Notes: generated from the sequence alone by a model not told the origin. Shown: positions 1 to 12,796, numbered from the stretch's first letter. The stretch is 64,000 nucleotides of DNA from Nemertoderma westbladi (GCA_032718475.1 JAUCBJ010003058.1:36156-100155); one strand, 5' to 3'. Program-made: numbers and translations.

Positions 1-332
1 AGGGAGTAAATAAATAGGATAGTTTAATAAATGGAGTGCTAAGTGAGGGTGGGACACTCCCTGCTTTATCGGTAACAGCCAAGAGAGAGGAGCCTTTGGG
101 TTGCCTCCGGGGGTTCGTGTTCCCCACGTTCACCGATTACTTTGCTTTCCTTTTCTAAAAAAGTTATTTAAAGTGTTATTCATTAAAATCGAAAACATTA
201 CGATATGGGAATTAAACAATCTATATGATAATGATAAATTTCAAGTCCACTTTTACCACAAAGTTCCTATTTAATTTAGCCATCTGATTCCATTCTCAGT
301 TTTTACAGCTCAATTTACATCTGTTACTACAG

Positions 333-1092
333 GGATCATTCAGGTGGGAACAATTTCCTCAAGAATAATGCCTCTACCAGCAATGTGCCAATCTACTGTG
401 GTGAGAAATGCGAATATGTAACCAACATGCTGAAAGACGGCCAGGAAATCGTCGTGGGTAATCTCACGTTTGTCGCCCTGCTTACCCCAGCACACACGCA
501 GGGCTCCATGTGCTACTTGGTGAGACCATCTGAAAGCGATGAACAACAAATCCCGGTTCTATTCACCGGCGATACCTTGTTCGTAGGCGGTTGCGGAAAG
601 TTCCTGGAGGGTTTCGGAACGGCCCAGCAGATGAACCACTCACTCAATGTAATCATAGCGGGTCTACAACCAGAAACCCGGATTTTCCCAGGCCACGAGT
701 TCACTCTCAACAATATAAAATTCGCTTCGCTGGTGGAACCTAACAACCACGACGTGGCACGGAAGTTAATGTTCGCTAAGTCGCATCTGTTGCAGGGCTC
801 GAAGGATCCGTTCTACCCGGTTTCAAACGCGGCTACAATCGCCGATGAGATGCGATACAATCCCTTCATGCGGGTCAAAGAGGAAGTCGTGTTACGTCAT
901 TGTGGTACAGACGACCCAATCAAGGCGTTGCAAGTTCTTAGGGCCCAGAAAGATTTCTTCAATAAAGAAGGTTTCATACCATCAGGTGAAGAGTTACGGG
1001 ATAACTTGGTTGATACCGGCACCATAATAGCGAAACCTTACAGCATGATGGCACGTGTCAAGTCTGATAGGAAACATACGGCGTTTAATTGA
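333..1092 (+). CDS. HAGH-like: Terminal coding exon of a hydroxyacylglutathione hydrolase (glyoxalase II / HAGH-PNKD family, metallo-beta-lactamase fold); upstream exons are outside the window
   Basis: Acceptor ctacAG at 331-332 is followed by G-GAT-CAT-TCA-GGT-GGG-AAC = (W)DHSGGN, the end of the THHHWDH motif, in frame with ORF 385-1092. The ORF has TPAHT, LFTGDTLFVGGCGKF, GHEF, EPNN, TIADEMRYNPFMR and LRAQKD motifs. Confidence 0.93.
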
Positions 1093-1280
1093 TACTGATA
1101 ATATAAATAATTATTGCACATTTTCATTACAAACACCTAAGTAACCAAACCATCCTGTCTAAAATAATGTTTAAGTATACAGTATAGAAGTTTAGTATTA
1201 TTCAATATTCAATTCAAGTATATTTAAAATTCCTTTAAGTTTAGTGGAAACTGACATATCATTGGGAAAATATGCTACAA

Positions 1281-1820
1281 TAGGGTTGGTGCGCGAAAAA
1301 ATTGTTGGGCTAGAAACAATCGAATAAAGGGTAACAAGGTGCCCTGAATCGAGTGGCGTGTGCGTGTGCTATGATAAATCTCTTATCTTGGTTTCTATGG
1401 ATAGTAATTTTCGATCAATTCAAATACATATTATAATTATCAATATTCTTTCAATTATCAATATTCCTTCTTATTAATTTAATTAATTGTAATGTAAAAA
1501 GACGCGCAAGACGCTTTCAATTGATATAAGCCACGTGTGAAATGATATAAATTTAATATGTATTTGAATGGATCGAAAATCTCTATCCATAGAAACCAAT
1601 ATAAGTAATTATTAATTTCTTGTCGTGACGTCAAATCTGTAGCAGCCAATCAGAACTGATTTTCAAAATTGGCTTCCCGCTCATACTTAAACCCGCCATT
1701 TCGACCGTTTCCTCGTGTTTTTACAAAAACACACCCCGCGTCACGATTCAGGGCACCTTGTTACCCCTTATTTAATTGTTTTTAGCCCAACAATTTTATT
1801 TTATTCGTCCACCAACCCTA
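1281..1820. mobile_element. Non-autonomous DNA transposon (MITE) with long terminal inverted repeats
   Basis: tagggttggtg...ttgttgggcta...ggtaacaaggtgccctgaatcg (1281-1351) is mirrored by cgattcagggcaccttgttacc...tagcccaacaa...caccaacccta (1744-1820). There is a second internal inverted pair (~1385-1433 vs ~1554-1602). No clear TSD. Confidence 0.75.
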
Positions 1821-3559
1821 TTTAACCGAATATAAATGATATTTAAATAGTTATTTCAGGTTTCACATTTCAGCAGTTCCTCCAATTATGGCTGCCATTA
1901 TGCCATGGTAATAATATATACATTATGCAGGGCAATTAGTTTGTTTTTTAATTAATAAATTAATTTTTGGGGCAATTACTCTGTTTCATCAATACGTTTG
2001 GGCGTTTGGTGGCCTTCAAAATGATAATAGTTTCATAATAGTAAAAAATAATAGTAAAATAATGAAAATAGTTTCAACCCTTTGACTCTTTAGACTCTTT
2101 TACCAGAAATCATATTAATCTACACTGTTACATCAATAAATCTTTTAAACAGCTGTACAAACACAACGAACTACGACAAAATAATAGTAAGTATGGGGTC
2201 GCCTTTAAACAATCACGACGGTTCCTTATTAGTGAGAAAATGCAGCTGAGAATGACAATAAAGTTCTGGAAACAACGAATTTGCATCGACACTCCTGCAG
2301 CTGCAGAACCTCAATACGAGCTTAAAAACACCCAGATATATTCGGCATTGCTGTTGTAATATTGTAGACAAGTAAATGCGCCGGTTTGACCGGATGTGAT
2401 CTTGTTATATGTCATTAGCAATTATTTTTCTTTGTAAGCAGAATGGCGAAAATCTTTTCATACAGAAATTGGTCAACACTAAATGTTTTGTTATAGTACA
2501 AACACTTCACCAAATGGCAATAACATAACAATGTCCAACACATCACGCCTGTATTACAAATAATAATTCAGTTACCTTTTATCATTTATTTTGAGGTGTG
2601 GTTAATGGTTGTCTTCCACTATACGTCGCCATAAAACCCAAGATTATCCAAGGTGAAAAATCCTCAAATCCAGCATAAAGTAATTCAAAGTTTGTCATTG
2701 AAAATAATAATGCATTGTGTATCTATCAATCAGATGTGTAACTCAATACTAAACTAAATGTTGCGGCTATTCATCACCTGTCTTTGTAATACAATAAATA
2801 ACAGCATGCGTTTCGCACTGAAATATTTAAATGATAGATAGCTCAAGGGCACTTTAGCCTATTTAGCTGAAGGTCTTTTTAATTTGGCTACCACGCCTTC
2901 AATCAACACTTCATATTGTATTTTTTGTGTCACTTTTATCACCTTATACTTCCCGACATTTTAATGAACAACTTATTCTAATGAGGTTATTTGATATGCT
3001 TAAACTCACTTTTTTGTCACTTCATGTTGTACTAAGGGGAAATCCATGGGTTATTTCCCAGAGTTAGTGTTTCTAATTATTGTTATCATTTCAGTGTAGG
3101 CTAGTAACAACGTTGAGGGCTATTATTCTGTGTTTGGTCTGTTTGGTGGCCTTCAAAATGAACGATTAGAATAGGGATTTTTTCTAGTATGTTTAGCATA
3201 CTTTAAATAATTTTCCAATGGCAATGGTGCTTACATTGGCCCATGATAGCGGTACTACTTACATTAACATGACAGTGTAACCTACGTTGGCCCATGACAA
3301 AGGACAGGGGTATTTTTTATTATTATATATTATAGAAATCGTTACCTATTAAATATCAAAGATAAAGCTCCACAGTACATAGGTGACCAAATGAGATAGA
3401 AACTATAACAACCACAAAAATAATCTACTGTACCATAACACCGTAGATTAACTCAACAAGAACAATGATAATTTGATGTAAGATAATGTAAGATATCACC
3501 AAGATATCATAACATGTATGATATGATATCATCAATGTATGAGTAGATATATCAGCACA

Positions 3560-3745
3560 GACAATAATGACAAGTAAATAACATGTAAGATATCACAAAT
3601 GACAATAATGACAAATAGATAACATGTAAGATATCACAAATGACAATAATGGCAAATAGATAACATGTAAGATATCACAAATGACAATAATGACAAATCG
3701 ATAACATGTAAGATATCACAAATGACATTAATCACAAGTAGATAA
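3560..3745. repeat. Minisatellite, ~39-bp unit (gtaagatatcacaaatgacaataatgacaaatagataacat), ~4-5 copies
   Basis: Direct tandem copies are visible. Confidence 0.9.
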
Positions 3746-4409
3746 CAAGTACCAAACAAAGCAAATACTACAATGATACTAATATCAAGTAGACAATATA
3801 AGATAAAGCAATTATGTTTTTACATTTTTATAATCTTATTATTTAAAAATAGAACATTAATTTTATTCTAATTATTATCACCAAACACAGCAATAATGAT
3901 ACAAGCGGATGACAAAAAATTATAAATGAAACTCAGTCGGAAATAACATAAACATGAAGCATGACAAAAACACAATACATGCAGCCAATCAAAGAATCAA
4001 CTACTAATGAATTGTAATAGAGGAAAAATCAATGCATGATTAAAGAACGGAGTTACAGGTTACAACAAAAATAATTAAGATTATGGTAAATACATACAAC
4101 ACAATCAGAGTAAAACAGCTGATAGCGGCATAGCAATACATTACAATAAAACATAATGCATTTTTGGTTACAGTCATACGTGAAGCGCACACAAACAAAG
4201 AACCAGAACAAAATAAATAAGGTAAAGAGTGTCTCAGATACATGGGATGAATGGATTAATGTCAGAACAAAAAGGGATATGTGAGTTAACATTTTGAATG
4301 CATCACTTGATCTCTTAGATACGCGTACAGGATCGTTTAGGGTGTCATCTTATTATGGTACTTACATTGTCCCATGACATGGCACTACTTACATGGCAGT
4401 GTTACTTAC

Positions 4410-4530
4410 ATTGTCCCAAGTTAGAGGTATCATAGGTCGAGTCATTGAGAACACATCATCAATGGGTTGTCCAAGAATATCAGGTAATATTTGACCCAGC
4501 GCTGGACCTTGGTGGCTAATTGTAAGATTC
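4410..4530 (-). CDS. Soluble guanylate cyclase constant exon 5 (HNOBA/PAS domain)
   Basis: Acceptor taaacAG, phase 2. Encodes (R)NLTISHQGPALGQILPDILGQPIDDVFSMTRPMIPLTWDN. Donor GTAAGT. Matches the sGC PAS segment (F.L.RP.I.....I). Not in the ORF track. Confidence 0.88.
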
Positions 4531-4849
4531 CTGTTTAGGGAAATTTGTTGCAATTAACAATTAGTAATAAATTAGATGCGCTAAGACCTATCTCCCTCAT
4601 TCATACAATTTCATATATTCTGTATTATGTAGGTTCAGATTGTTACTTTAGCTCTAACGAATTACCAAGGGCAGAAATCAATATACAATTAGTATCTTTA
4701 GATGAATCGATAAGTCAAATAATTATTTAATTTGAAGTGATAAATAAACATTTCTACATCAGTTTTAAAACGCATACTGTATAACATATTATTAGGTAGA
4801 TACCATGTTTATACAATAAGTCACTTATTTTCATCGTTTAATGTCCAGT

Positions 4850-5122
4850 AACCTTAACCGTGTCCATTTAAATATTGAGTATCCGTAACACTGTGTCCAT
4901 TTATATGACCATTATCCTTAACAGTGTCCATTTAAATATCGAGTATCCGTAACTGTGTCCATTTATATGACCATTATCCTTAACAGTGTCCATTTAAATA
5001 TCGAGTAACCGTAACTGTGTCCATTTATATGACCATTATTCTTAACAGTGTCCATTTATATGACCATTATCCTTAACAGTGTCCATTTAAATGACCATTA
5101 TCCTTAACAGTGTCCATTTAAA
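4850..5122. repeat. Minisatellite, ~30-31-bp unit (cagtgtccatttatatgaccattatccttaa), two alternating variants
   Basis: Tandem copies are visible. Confidence 0.9.
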
Positions 5123-5249
5123 TCTATAGTATATATCAGTGACGGTAACAGTTTCTCTTTAAATGTTCAGTGTCCGTAACTGTGACCTTGGAGCCTATTC
5201 TGGTGCTTAGAAGGATGCTTCAGTTATCAACATAGAAACTTTGTTGTCT

Positions 5250-5720
5250 TATTTAAAGGCTTCGATTCACTCTCACAACTAAGTATGTTCAGCATACTTG
5301 CAGCATATGGGATTCCTGAGAAAATCATCATCAGATCAGATCATTATCGATAGTTCCACCACATTTGTATCTACTGATGATGGTGACACATATCCATACA
5401 AACTCTTAAGGGGAGTTCTTCAGTGTGACACACTTGCACCGTTGTTATTCGTAATAATGGTTGATTATGTTATATGGATGTCCTTATACCATCTTAATAA
5501 TGATGGGGTGATGGTAACGCCACCTACTGGCACAAGAAGTAGAGGAAATCCAGCAAAGTACCTTACTGATCTAGACTTGGCTGATGACTTAGGGGTATTG
5601 TCAGAATCACTAGAGGGAGCCCAACGGCTCCTCTGCACATTGGAGCAGGCTGCTTCTAGTGTTGGTCTTTTTTTAAACTCAAAGAAGACCACAATTTCGA
5701 CAGTGAACTTTTACAGCCCT
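5250..5720 (+). mobile_element. Decayed RTE-group non-LTR retrotransposon RT fragment
   Basis: GVLQCDTLAPLLF and TDLDLADDL motifs. Same family as 54125-55300. Confidence 0.85.
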
Positions 5721-7068
5721 TTCTTATTTCTCAAACGTTAAGTTAGCATTATAAGTTAAGTTAAGTTAAAGTATAATCAATTAAATTGATATCAGTAAAA
5801 TAAAGTAAAATTGCATAGCACATATTGCAAGATTAAAACAGAGTGTAAGCGGATTCAATTCCCTACATTACCCACCCAAAATGGGACCAGCGGCATTTTA
5901 CCAACATAGTTGTCGATGCGAGATTACCAATAAATAATCTCGCCTCATAACCAACTCGGGGGGGGGGGGGGGGGGACACACGCCCTAAGCTACAGAGAGA
6001 GGTGAGAGGTCAAACCACGTCAGATGGACAACCTAGCTAGCGAGGCTAGCACCAGGGGGTAACACCTACAGGGAGTGGCGAAGTGACAATTAATATATAA
6101 GCCAATAGCGGGCAGGGAAGCACGTGGGGAAGGACAGGAGGGCATCCATTGGGTACCAAGGGCCACAGTAGTGTAGAGCTGAAACCAATATGTATCAATC
6201 ATATAGTTACTCTAGTTACTGATTTACCGGTCAGTTGATTATCACACAGTTGCGGACCGGCATAGTTTTGACCGTCATTTCATATGGTAATTTATATTAC
6301 TATACTGTTGCTGTCTTCATTTGTATTACAATCTATATTGTCATTTATATTCGACTGTGCTAGTATCACTGGAATTATTAATACTGAGAAACAAACTCTA
6401 TTATTTTCCCCAACGGCCTTCAGCCAAAGATATAAGCCCAGCAGCCCAGCAGCCAAGTGACGCGTACAATCTTACCCGGTCGGGATCTCAGAGTCGATCC
6501 CGTCACACAGAGTCTGATTATTCCTTCAAGTATTATTACATACAGTCGTGCAGACGATCCAATTTAAATCAAAATTTAAATCAAAATTTAAAAATCAATT
6601 TAATTGATATGGTATAAATTTCGAACTTGTAATGGAGCTCCAGCTATATTGTAAAATACTTCTATGTAGAGACATGTAGCAGCAGTCGTAGTCAGTTGAT
6701 AAAATAAGGAAGATAACGACAAATAATTAAGTAAAAACTATGTAATGTAAAAGTTGCGTGCTCTATGGTCTCAGATTATGGGATAAAGTTCAGGATTCGA
6801 CGGTGCTTAGCAGTAAAGGATCCGGCCACATGCTGGTAACAATTGGCTATTAAGGATGCCGCCGATTTTTCTGTGTGAGTGAGGTTTCCTGGTTGAAGGC
6901 GGTTCTTTAATAACTGGTTCACGCAGTAAGGGGAGCAGAGTAAGAGCAGAGTTGGAAGGGGATAATAGGGCGTTGCCTTTTTGTAGGTGCTACCTAAACC
7001 GGTGTAGTCCGTATTGTTTGATGTTTGTATTGACCCTTAATGGTTGCACTGAGATTGTTAGTTCTTAC

Positions 7069-7210
7069 CTGCTGATAACAATAGCAAAGGGGAACAGTCC
7101 AACGAACGATCGGCCGCTCATATGTACATCACCCATGTTTACTTTGGATGAAGGACGTCGTGGGGGCTTGTATGAGGAGTTGTTAAACTTTAATCTGAAC
7201 CGAACAAGAA
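7069..7210 (-). CDS. Soluble guanylate cyclase constant exon 4 (end of H-NOX, linker, start of PAS)
   Basis: Acceptor tttgtttcAG, phase 1. Encodes (V)LVRFRLKFNNSSYKPPRRPSSKVNMGDVHMSGRSFVGLFPFAIVIS(R). Donor GTAAGA, phase 2. FxLxFxN and FPF motifs are present and phases fit exons 3 and 5. Confidence 0.9.
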
Positions 7211-8302
7211 CTGAAACAAATAATTGTTAACCTTCAATTGATATATATATATTCAGTAATCTGCAATCAATAAGTCAATTTGTGCCCTTCTATCAAAGGA
7301 ATCTGCAGAAAGATTATGGGTGTAAGTCATCCACCCTGGTCTCAGCTATGGATGCACGATCCTCTGCGATCCGAGTAAAGTCGATAATCTAGATAATTTT
7401 TAGAAGTATCTGAAACTGCGGTGCACACTAAGTAAATGCAAATCAAGATCTCCCATACTCGCGAAAAACGATGGCAAATCAGAAAAAAAACGATGGTATA
7501 TCTTTACATCAGTTGAACTGCTAGCGTCCACACTCGGCAGTTGAACTGCTATCGAATGTTTACCATCACCATGGTATCAAGCAAGTGCTCGCGTCCAACT
7601 GAACAGTTATCCTATTCTGCCATTCCGGTTCGTTACCAACTATTTAATATTAATATTATAAACTTTCAAGAACTCTATAAAGGGGTAAACGTATATTTTA
7701 CATTGTAGGCTACCCCGGATTTTAATAATATTTAACTTATAATTTATTTTAACTAAATAATTAATTAATAGTTCTGTATCAAAAAGTGTCCTAATTCATA
7801 TTTTTCAGTAATAAGACCTTATAATGAGCTCAAAAAACTGATTTGAAATTTTGAAAAGTGAAAGTTAATGCTCAGTCAATTTCGCAAACCATATTATGAT
7901 AGTGTACAAATTTTTTTTTAAATTTTGTAAAAAAAAGTTTTATCTCGAAAAGTAAAGTTAATTAATATCAGCTAAAGAAAGAGGAAAATGATATGATATG
8001 ATATGATAGATCTGAAGGAAGGGCAAAATCGAACACTTAGATGACACAAAATAAATTTATTTAAGATTATGTAATATTGAACTCTGCGCCCCAACAACAA
8101 GAATGAGAATACTCCAAATGGTGATCTAAAATAAATTTACCAAAGAATAAATGAATGTACAACAGAAAGAAATCAAAATATTGATTCGGGATATTAATTT
8201 CGGGATGATATACTTTTCTATCGCGATATTCTATATCGACATGTTTTTTACTATTAATAGTAGGTTGATATTAAAGCAAATATAATGGACAATTATTCAA
8301 AA

Positions 8303-8414
8303 TTGGGCTAGGCTGCAGCATTTAAAGCACTGTGCTCAAACAGTGCTGCCCCATCAAGGGATCGAACCAGGGCCCCCTAATTGGAAGCCTAGGAATGTCA
8401 CCACTAGAGCAAAC
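8303..8414 (-). mobile_element. tRNA-derived SINE, 5' part (family shared with 61818-62056)
   Basis: The minus strand has A-box-like tgctctagtgg and B box ggttcgatccc. Closely similar to 61943-62056. Confidence 0.75.
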
Positions 8415-8442
8415 ATAAGTAATAATGAGCTATAAAACTTAC

Positions 8443-8633
8443 CTGTGTCATCCATTATAGTTTCTGACAGAACTGTGATTTCTACTTCGGTATGAAATAA
8501 ACTAGTCGAAATCTCTCGAATCTGTCCGATAACATAATTCCTGAATCCTTTACGTTTACTGCGATAATTTAATGTCAATCCTGTCCGATCTTCATCAGTG
8601 ACAATGAATGACACTCTTCTCATTTGGGGATAA
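8443..8633 (-). CDS. Soluble guanylate cyclase constant exon 3 (H-NOX, YxSxR motif)
   Basis: Acceptor attttAG, phase 2. Encodes (S)YPQMRRVSFIVTDEDRTGLTLNYRSKRKGFRNYVIGQIREISTSLFHTEVEITVLSETIMDDT. Donor GTAAGT. Confidence 0.95.
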
Positions 8634-8799
8634 CTAAAATGATATAATACAAACCAATTTACAATGATAAAAAGGTCATTGTTACTTAATTGGCCATAAT
8701 AATGAATTGGAGGTTGGAATATGGTTGGGTTAATTTATGGACTCATACGTCATTGAATTTATATTTTTGTACAGTAAAATTTACAAAGAGCTATATTCC

Positions 8800-9530
8800 G
8801 GTGTACGGACAATTGCGACCCGGACAATTGCGACCCGGACAATTGGGACCCGGACAATTGGGACCTGGACAATTCCGACCCGGACAATTCCGACCCGGAC
8901 AATTCCGATCCGGACATCTCCGACCCGGACAATTCCGACGCGGACAATTCCAACCCATTCAGACATCGAATGAAATTTTCATGGGTCGGAATTCTCCGGA
9001 TCCATCATAGGACATTTCCGATCCAAATAATTAATAATAATTATACATTATAAGTGATAGAAACTGCACAAATTATAATAGTGGCTGTATAAATAAATGT
9101 AAAAATGTCATCAATTATGTTATAAATAAGTTAGCTTATATTTATGGATATAATAATACAGGCCCTACTGGTTATTAATAGCTATACACCGCCTACCGGT
9201 AGGTAATGCAGTAGGCCTATCTGGCTGTCAGGCTGTCATTTCCACCTATTGTTTACGTGGTATCCAATGACCGCGTTATAAGTAATGTCCCCTTAGTGGA
9301 CATTACTTAACGCCGTCATGGGTTGTCCGGGTTGGAATTGTCCGGGTCGCAATTTTCCGAGTTGGAATTGTCCGGGTCGGAATTGTCCGGGTCGGAATTT
9401 TCCGGGTCGGAATTATCAGGGTCGGAATAGTCCGGGTCGGAATTGTCCGGGTTGGAATTGTCCGGGTCGCAATTGTCCTGGTCGGAATTGTCCGGGTCAC
9501 AATTGTCCTGGTCGGAATTGTCCTAACTTG
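8800..9530. mobile_element. Foldback-type DNA element with inverted arrays of a 15-bp repeat (ggacaattccgaccc)
   Basis: About 10 copies at 8807-8955 and about 13 reverse-complement copies at 9320-9525 flank a unique core. Confidence 0.8.
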
Positions 9531-9833
9531 ATATATTTCCAAGGAGTGGCTGATTAACTACCTAATTATTATAAATTAAATTGATTATTTTTACAAAACC
9601 CCAAACGAAAAAATAAAGCCATTATTATCTATCCGAACTAACCCAAATCCAATCTAATTTATATATAATATAAACTGGATAAATGTTATTCTTACTGCAT
9701 ATAAATAACCCTATCGATAAAACGGGTTTAAATAAAATATTCTGACATCACTTAGTCATTCTGACATCCTCCTTAACTACCAGTACTAAATACTACCTAA
9801 ACTGTATTCGAGTATTCAAAAAATACACATTAC

Positions 9834-10042
9834 CTGAATCGAAAGAACTCGTGGAGATTATCCAAACCATTAAAAAACTCAGCCAAGTTTCTCCCAAGTA
9901 CGCGAATCATTTTATCATATCCATATGTTGAAAGAAAACGGACAAAGTCCTTCCCAAATTGTTCTATAATTGCATCTGGAGGTTGATTTAAAACAATAGA
10001 TGCCGCCTGGACCAATCTTGGGATGTATGTTTCACTGTAGAC
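9834..10042 (-). CDS. Soluble guanylate cyclase constant exon 2 (H-NOX, proximal heme His)
   Basis: Acceptor ttttccAG, phase 0. Encodes VYSETYIPRLVQAASIVLNQPPDAIIEQFGKDFVRFLSTYGYDKMIRVLGRNLAEFFNGLDNLHEFFRF(S). Donor GTAATG. Confidence 0.95.
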
Positions 10043-10379
10043 CTGGAAAAAATGAAAACCATTGTAGTAATACAAATTACCCAGTGCAAAAGTACTTTTT
10101 GACGGCATTATTGTATTGCTGACAAATAAAAGGCAATGTAATCTTCTATCCATGCACCTGTTAAACAGTCACCAGAAAAAAATGATGCAGTAGTTGGCGC
10201 CTCCCTGCCTAAGGTGGAAATACTACATTCTTGATTTACATCGTGCCTGTTTCAATTTCATTTATTTGCAATTGCTTAAAAGCTTAAAAGGGCGACTTAA
10301 CACAAACACACACATGGCATTTATTATCAAAGGGTAACATAACATACCTATTACATACGGCAAGTACATAGATAATACC

Positions 10380-10850
10380 GACTGTCACAAGAAATCGAGG
10401 AAATTTCTACCAAGTACCTTACAGATCTAGCCTTTGCTGAATACTTAGGAGCACTGTCAAAATCACCAGATGGAGCCCACAGGCTCCTCCGCTCAATGGG
10501 ACAACTAGTGTTGGTATTTTTGTAAAAATTCCAAAATTTTGACAGTGAACTTTGACGGCCCTCAGGAAATGCCTGATTCTATGAGCATAATCTCTAAGGA
10601 TGGCTTGCTTAAGCATGTGGATAACTTTCGCTACTTGGATCATGGATCCCGAAGTCAGATAAATACCTTTGGATACATAATGAGAAGCCATTGGTTGCAT
10701 TGAATGAGCTACATATAATTTGGAAGTCCCATAAAATAAAACTGAATCTCAAGGTTCGATTATTTAAGGCAGCACTGTGTAACCTATAAGAGAGTCTATC
10801 CTGGGCTTTAACAGCAGAAGACGCCAAATATCAGGATGGCACTTATTACT
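10380..10850 (+). mobile_element. Decayed RTE-group retrotransposon fragment
   Basis: DNA similarity to 5535-5720 and 55060-55520 (ccaagtaccttacagatctag..., tacttggatcatggatccc). Confidence 0.75.
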
Positions 10851-11169
10851 CTTTTTTTTCAAGCCAGCCTAGCATCTCAATGTGCACCTTAGGCATAGGC
10901 ATAGGCAGCTTAGAGGCCAATTAGAGGCATTAGAAGTGTGTTTGGCTGTAATGATAAAATATCAACGAAATTAGATGGCCTCTGTAAATTTGATGTCCAC
11001 ACTGACCTCTTACCTCATATATCTATCTTTAACAGAGAAATATTAAAATGATGTGGGGCGAGTCAAAACTGCGAGCCATCAGCGAACCGTTATAATTATA
11101 CTATGGCCGTTTTCTAAAAGTACGTGTGTGTGTCTGTCGGAAGCCAAGATATAACTAGCCATAGTATAA

Positions 11170-12000
11170 TTATAAATGTTCGAAAGATGGCTTGTAGCTA
11201 AAACTAAACCTAATTTATTTAATATGAATGTAGTTCATATTGCAGGAACCCGAAACCTATGCGCTGATGCCCTTAGTCCTAATATAGATATGATCTATCT
11301 CCTGAACATATCATTATCAATGACGGTACTGAAATCAATGCATGTCTTGACAGCATCAGCCTCCAGTGAAATGCAGGTTTCTTATGGTTGTTCTTGAGAA
11401 TATGGACCATCAAAGTTTTAGCAATTTGAACTAATGAAAACTGCAGATAATGATATAGCTTATATTAAATTTAAGTCCCTATTGCTACACTTACCAACTA
11501 TCTCATTACATTGGGAACAACGTGAATGTGAAGTAATTGCAATACAAATTTTACATGGAAGACCTTGGAGATATGGCTGGTAAGAAGTGTCTAGTTGTTG
11601 CAGATGAACGTACTGGATGGATTTTTATCAAAGAATGTGGAATCCATGCTGACACAAAATGTATCTCTAACAATCTATGAGAAATATTTCAACATTGTGG
11701 TCACCCATTACACTACGTTTATATCATGATGGTGGGCCTCCATTTCATTCGAAATCATCTAAAGATTTTTTTGTGTGTGTGTTTATTATTAGTGATAAAA
11801 CTACATCTCCAAATTTACCACATGCAAAGGGTGTGCAGGAAGCAAAAAACGAATAAAAAACTGCATTGATCTCAAAGGTCAATTAAACCGTGATTAACTG
11901 ACACGTGGTCTAATTTCCCTTTGTTATATCCCTTGCATATTGTGTGATAATACAAGCTAAACCCAAGAAGTAAACTTTTGAATTATGAAGGAACTATGGG
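11170..12000 (+). mobile_element. Highly decayed Gypsy-like LTR retrotransposon remnant (RNase H end / integrase)
   Basis: Scattered across frames: HIAGTRNLCADALS (cf. HIxGxxNxxADALSR), RPW, DGGPPF (cf. SDxGPQF) and SPNLPHAKG (cf. SPxxPQSNG). Confidence 0.6.
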
Positions 12001-12629
12001 AAAATTCGATAATGGCTCTTATCTACATCATAATTGAGTATTTATGGGACCTATTCAACCAATACCATTTGGCGGTGGACCAACAGACACGCCCATGGTA
12101 GTTCCAGTCCCTTTACCCTATTCAGCCTCCCAGGTCTGATGCAGGCACTGTAGTGGTCCCTCAATCAGCTATAATTCCAACTACAGACGATATCCAATGC
12201 GTATTATTATAGTTATCTTTGCATATATTTTTGTGTTCATATTTCAAGTATATAGGCCTACCTTTAGTATTCTATGAGAAAGGCGGTGCTAGACATAATT
12301 AAGTATGTAGTCAGTCAGTGGTCTAATGTCAACAATTGTACGTTTTGTGAATGTTGTTTACGATATAAAATATTAAAGCAATTAAAGTATTAGTATGCCA
12401 AATCCTTGATATATTAGAGAAGACTGGGTGACCTAAGGCAGCTTAAACTGAAAGTAAATAAAATAAAATATAACATAAGTATAACTTTTGTAAGAGACTT
12501 TATAAAATTATTGGGAAATAGAGATGTGGCAGTATTACAGTAGGTACATGTCCGATTATTAGTACTTGGCCACTGGTTTAGGAGAGTATTACTGGGGTTA
12601 ACATATAAGTGTTGGGAAGTAAATTACTA

Positions 12630-12796
12630 TGTACTATTGTACAGGTACAGGTACCGATACCTGTACTATTCTATTGTACAGGTACAGGTACATGTGCAGG
12701 TACAGGTACAGGTACAGGTACAGGTACAGGTACAGGTACAGGTACAGGTACAGGTACATGTACCTGTACTATTCTATTGTACAGGTACCGGTACCT
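12630..12796. repeat. (ACAGGT)n microsatellite with a duplicated tacctgtactattctattg spacer
   Basis: Directly visible. Confidence 0.95.

Noticed and set aside
8690-9557. Pentapeptide-repeat ORFs (GQLRP / TRTIP / GRNCP)
   Set aside because: These are translations of a 15-bp DNA repeat that is open in several frames on both strands, inside an intron.
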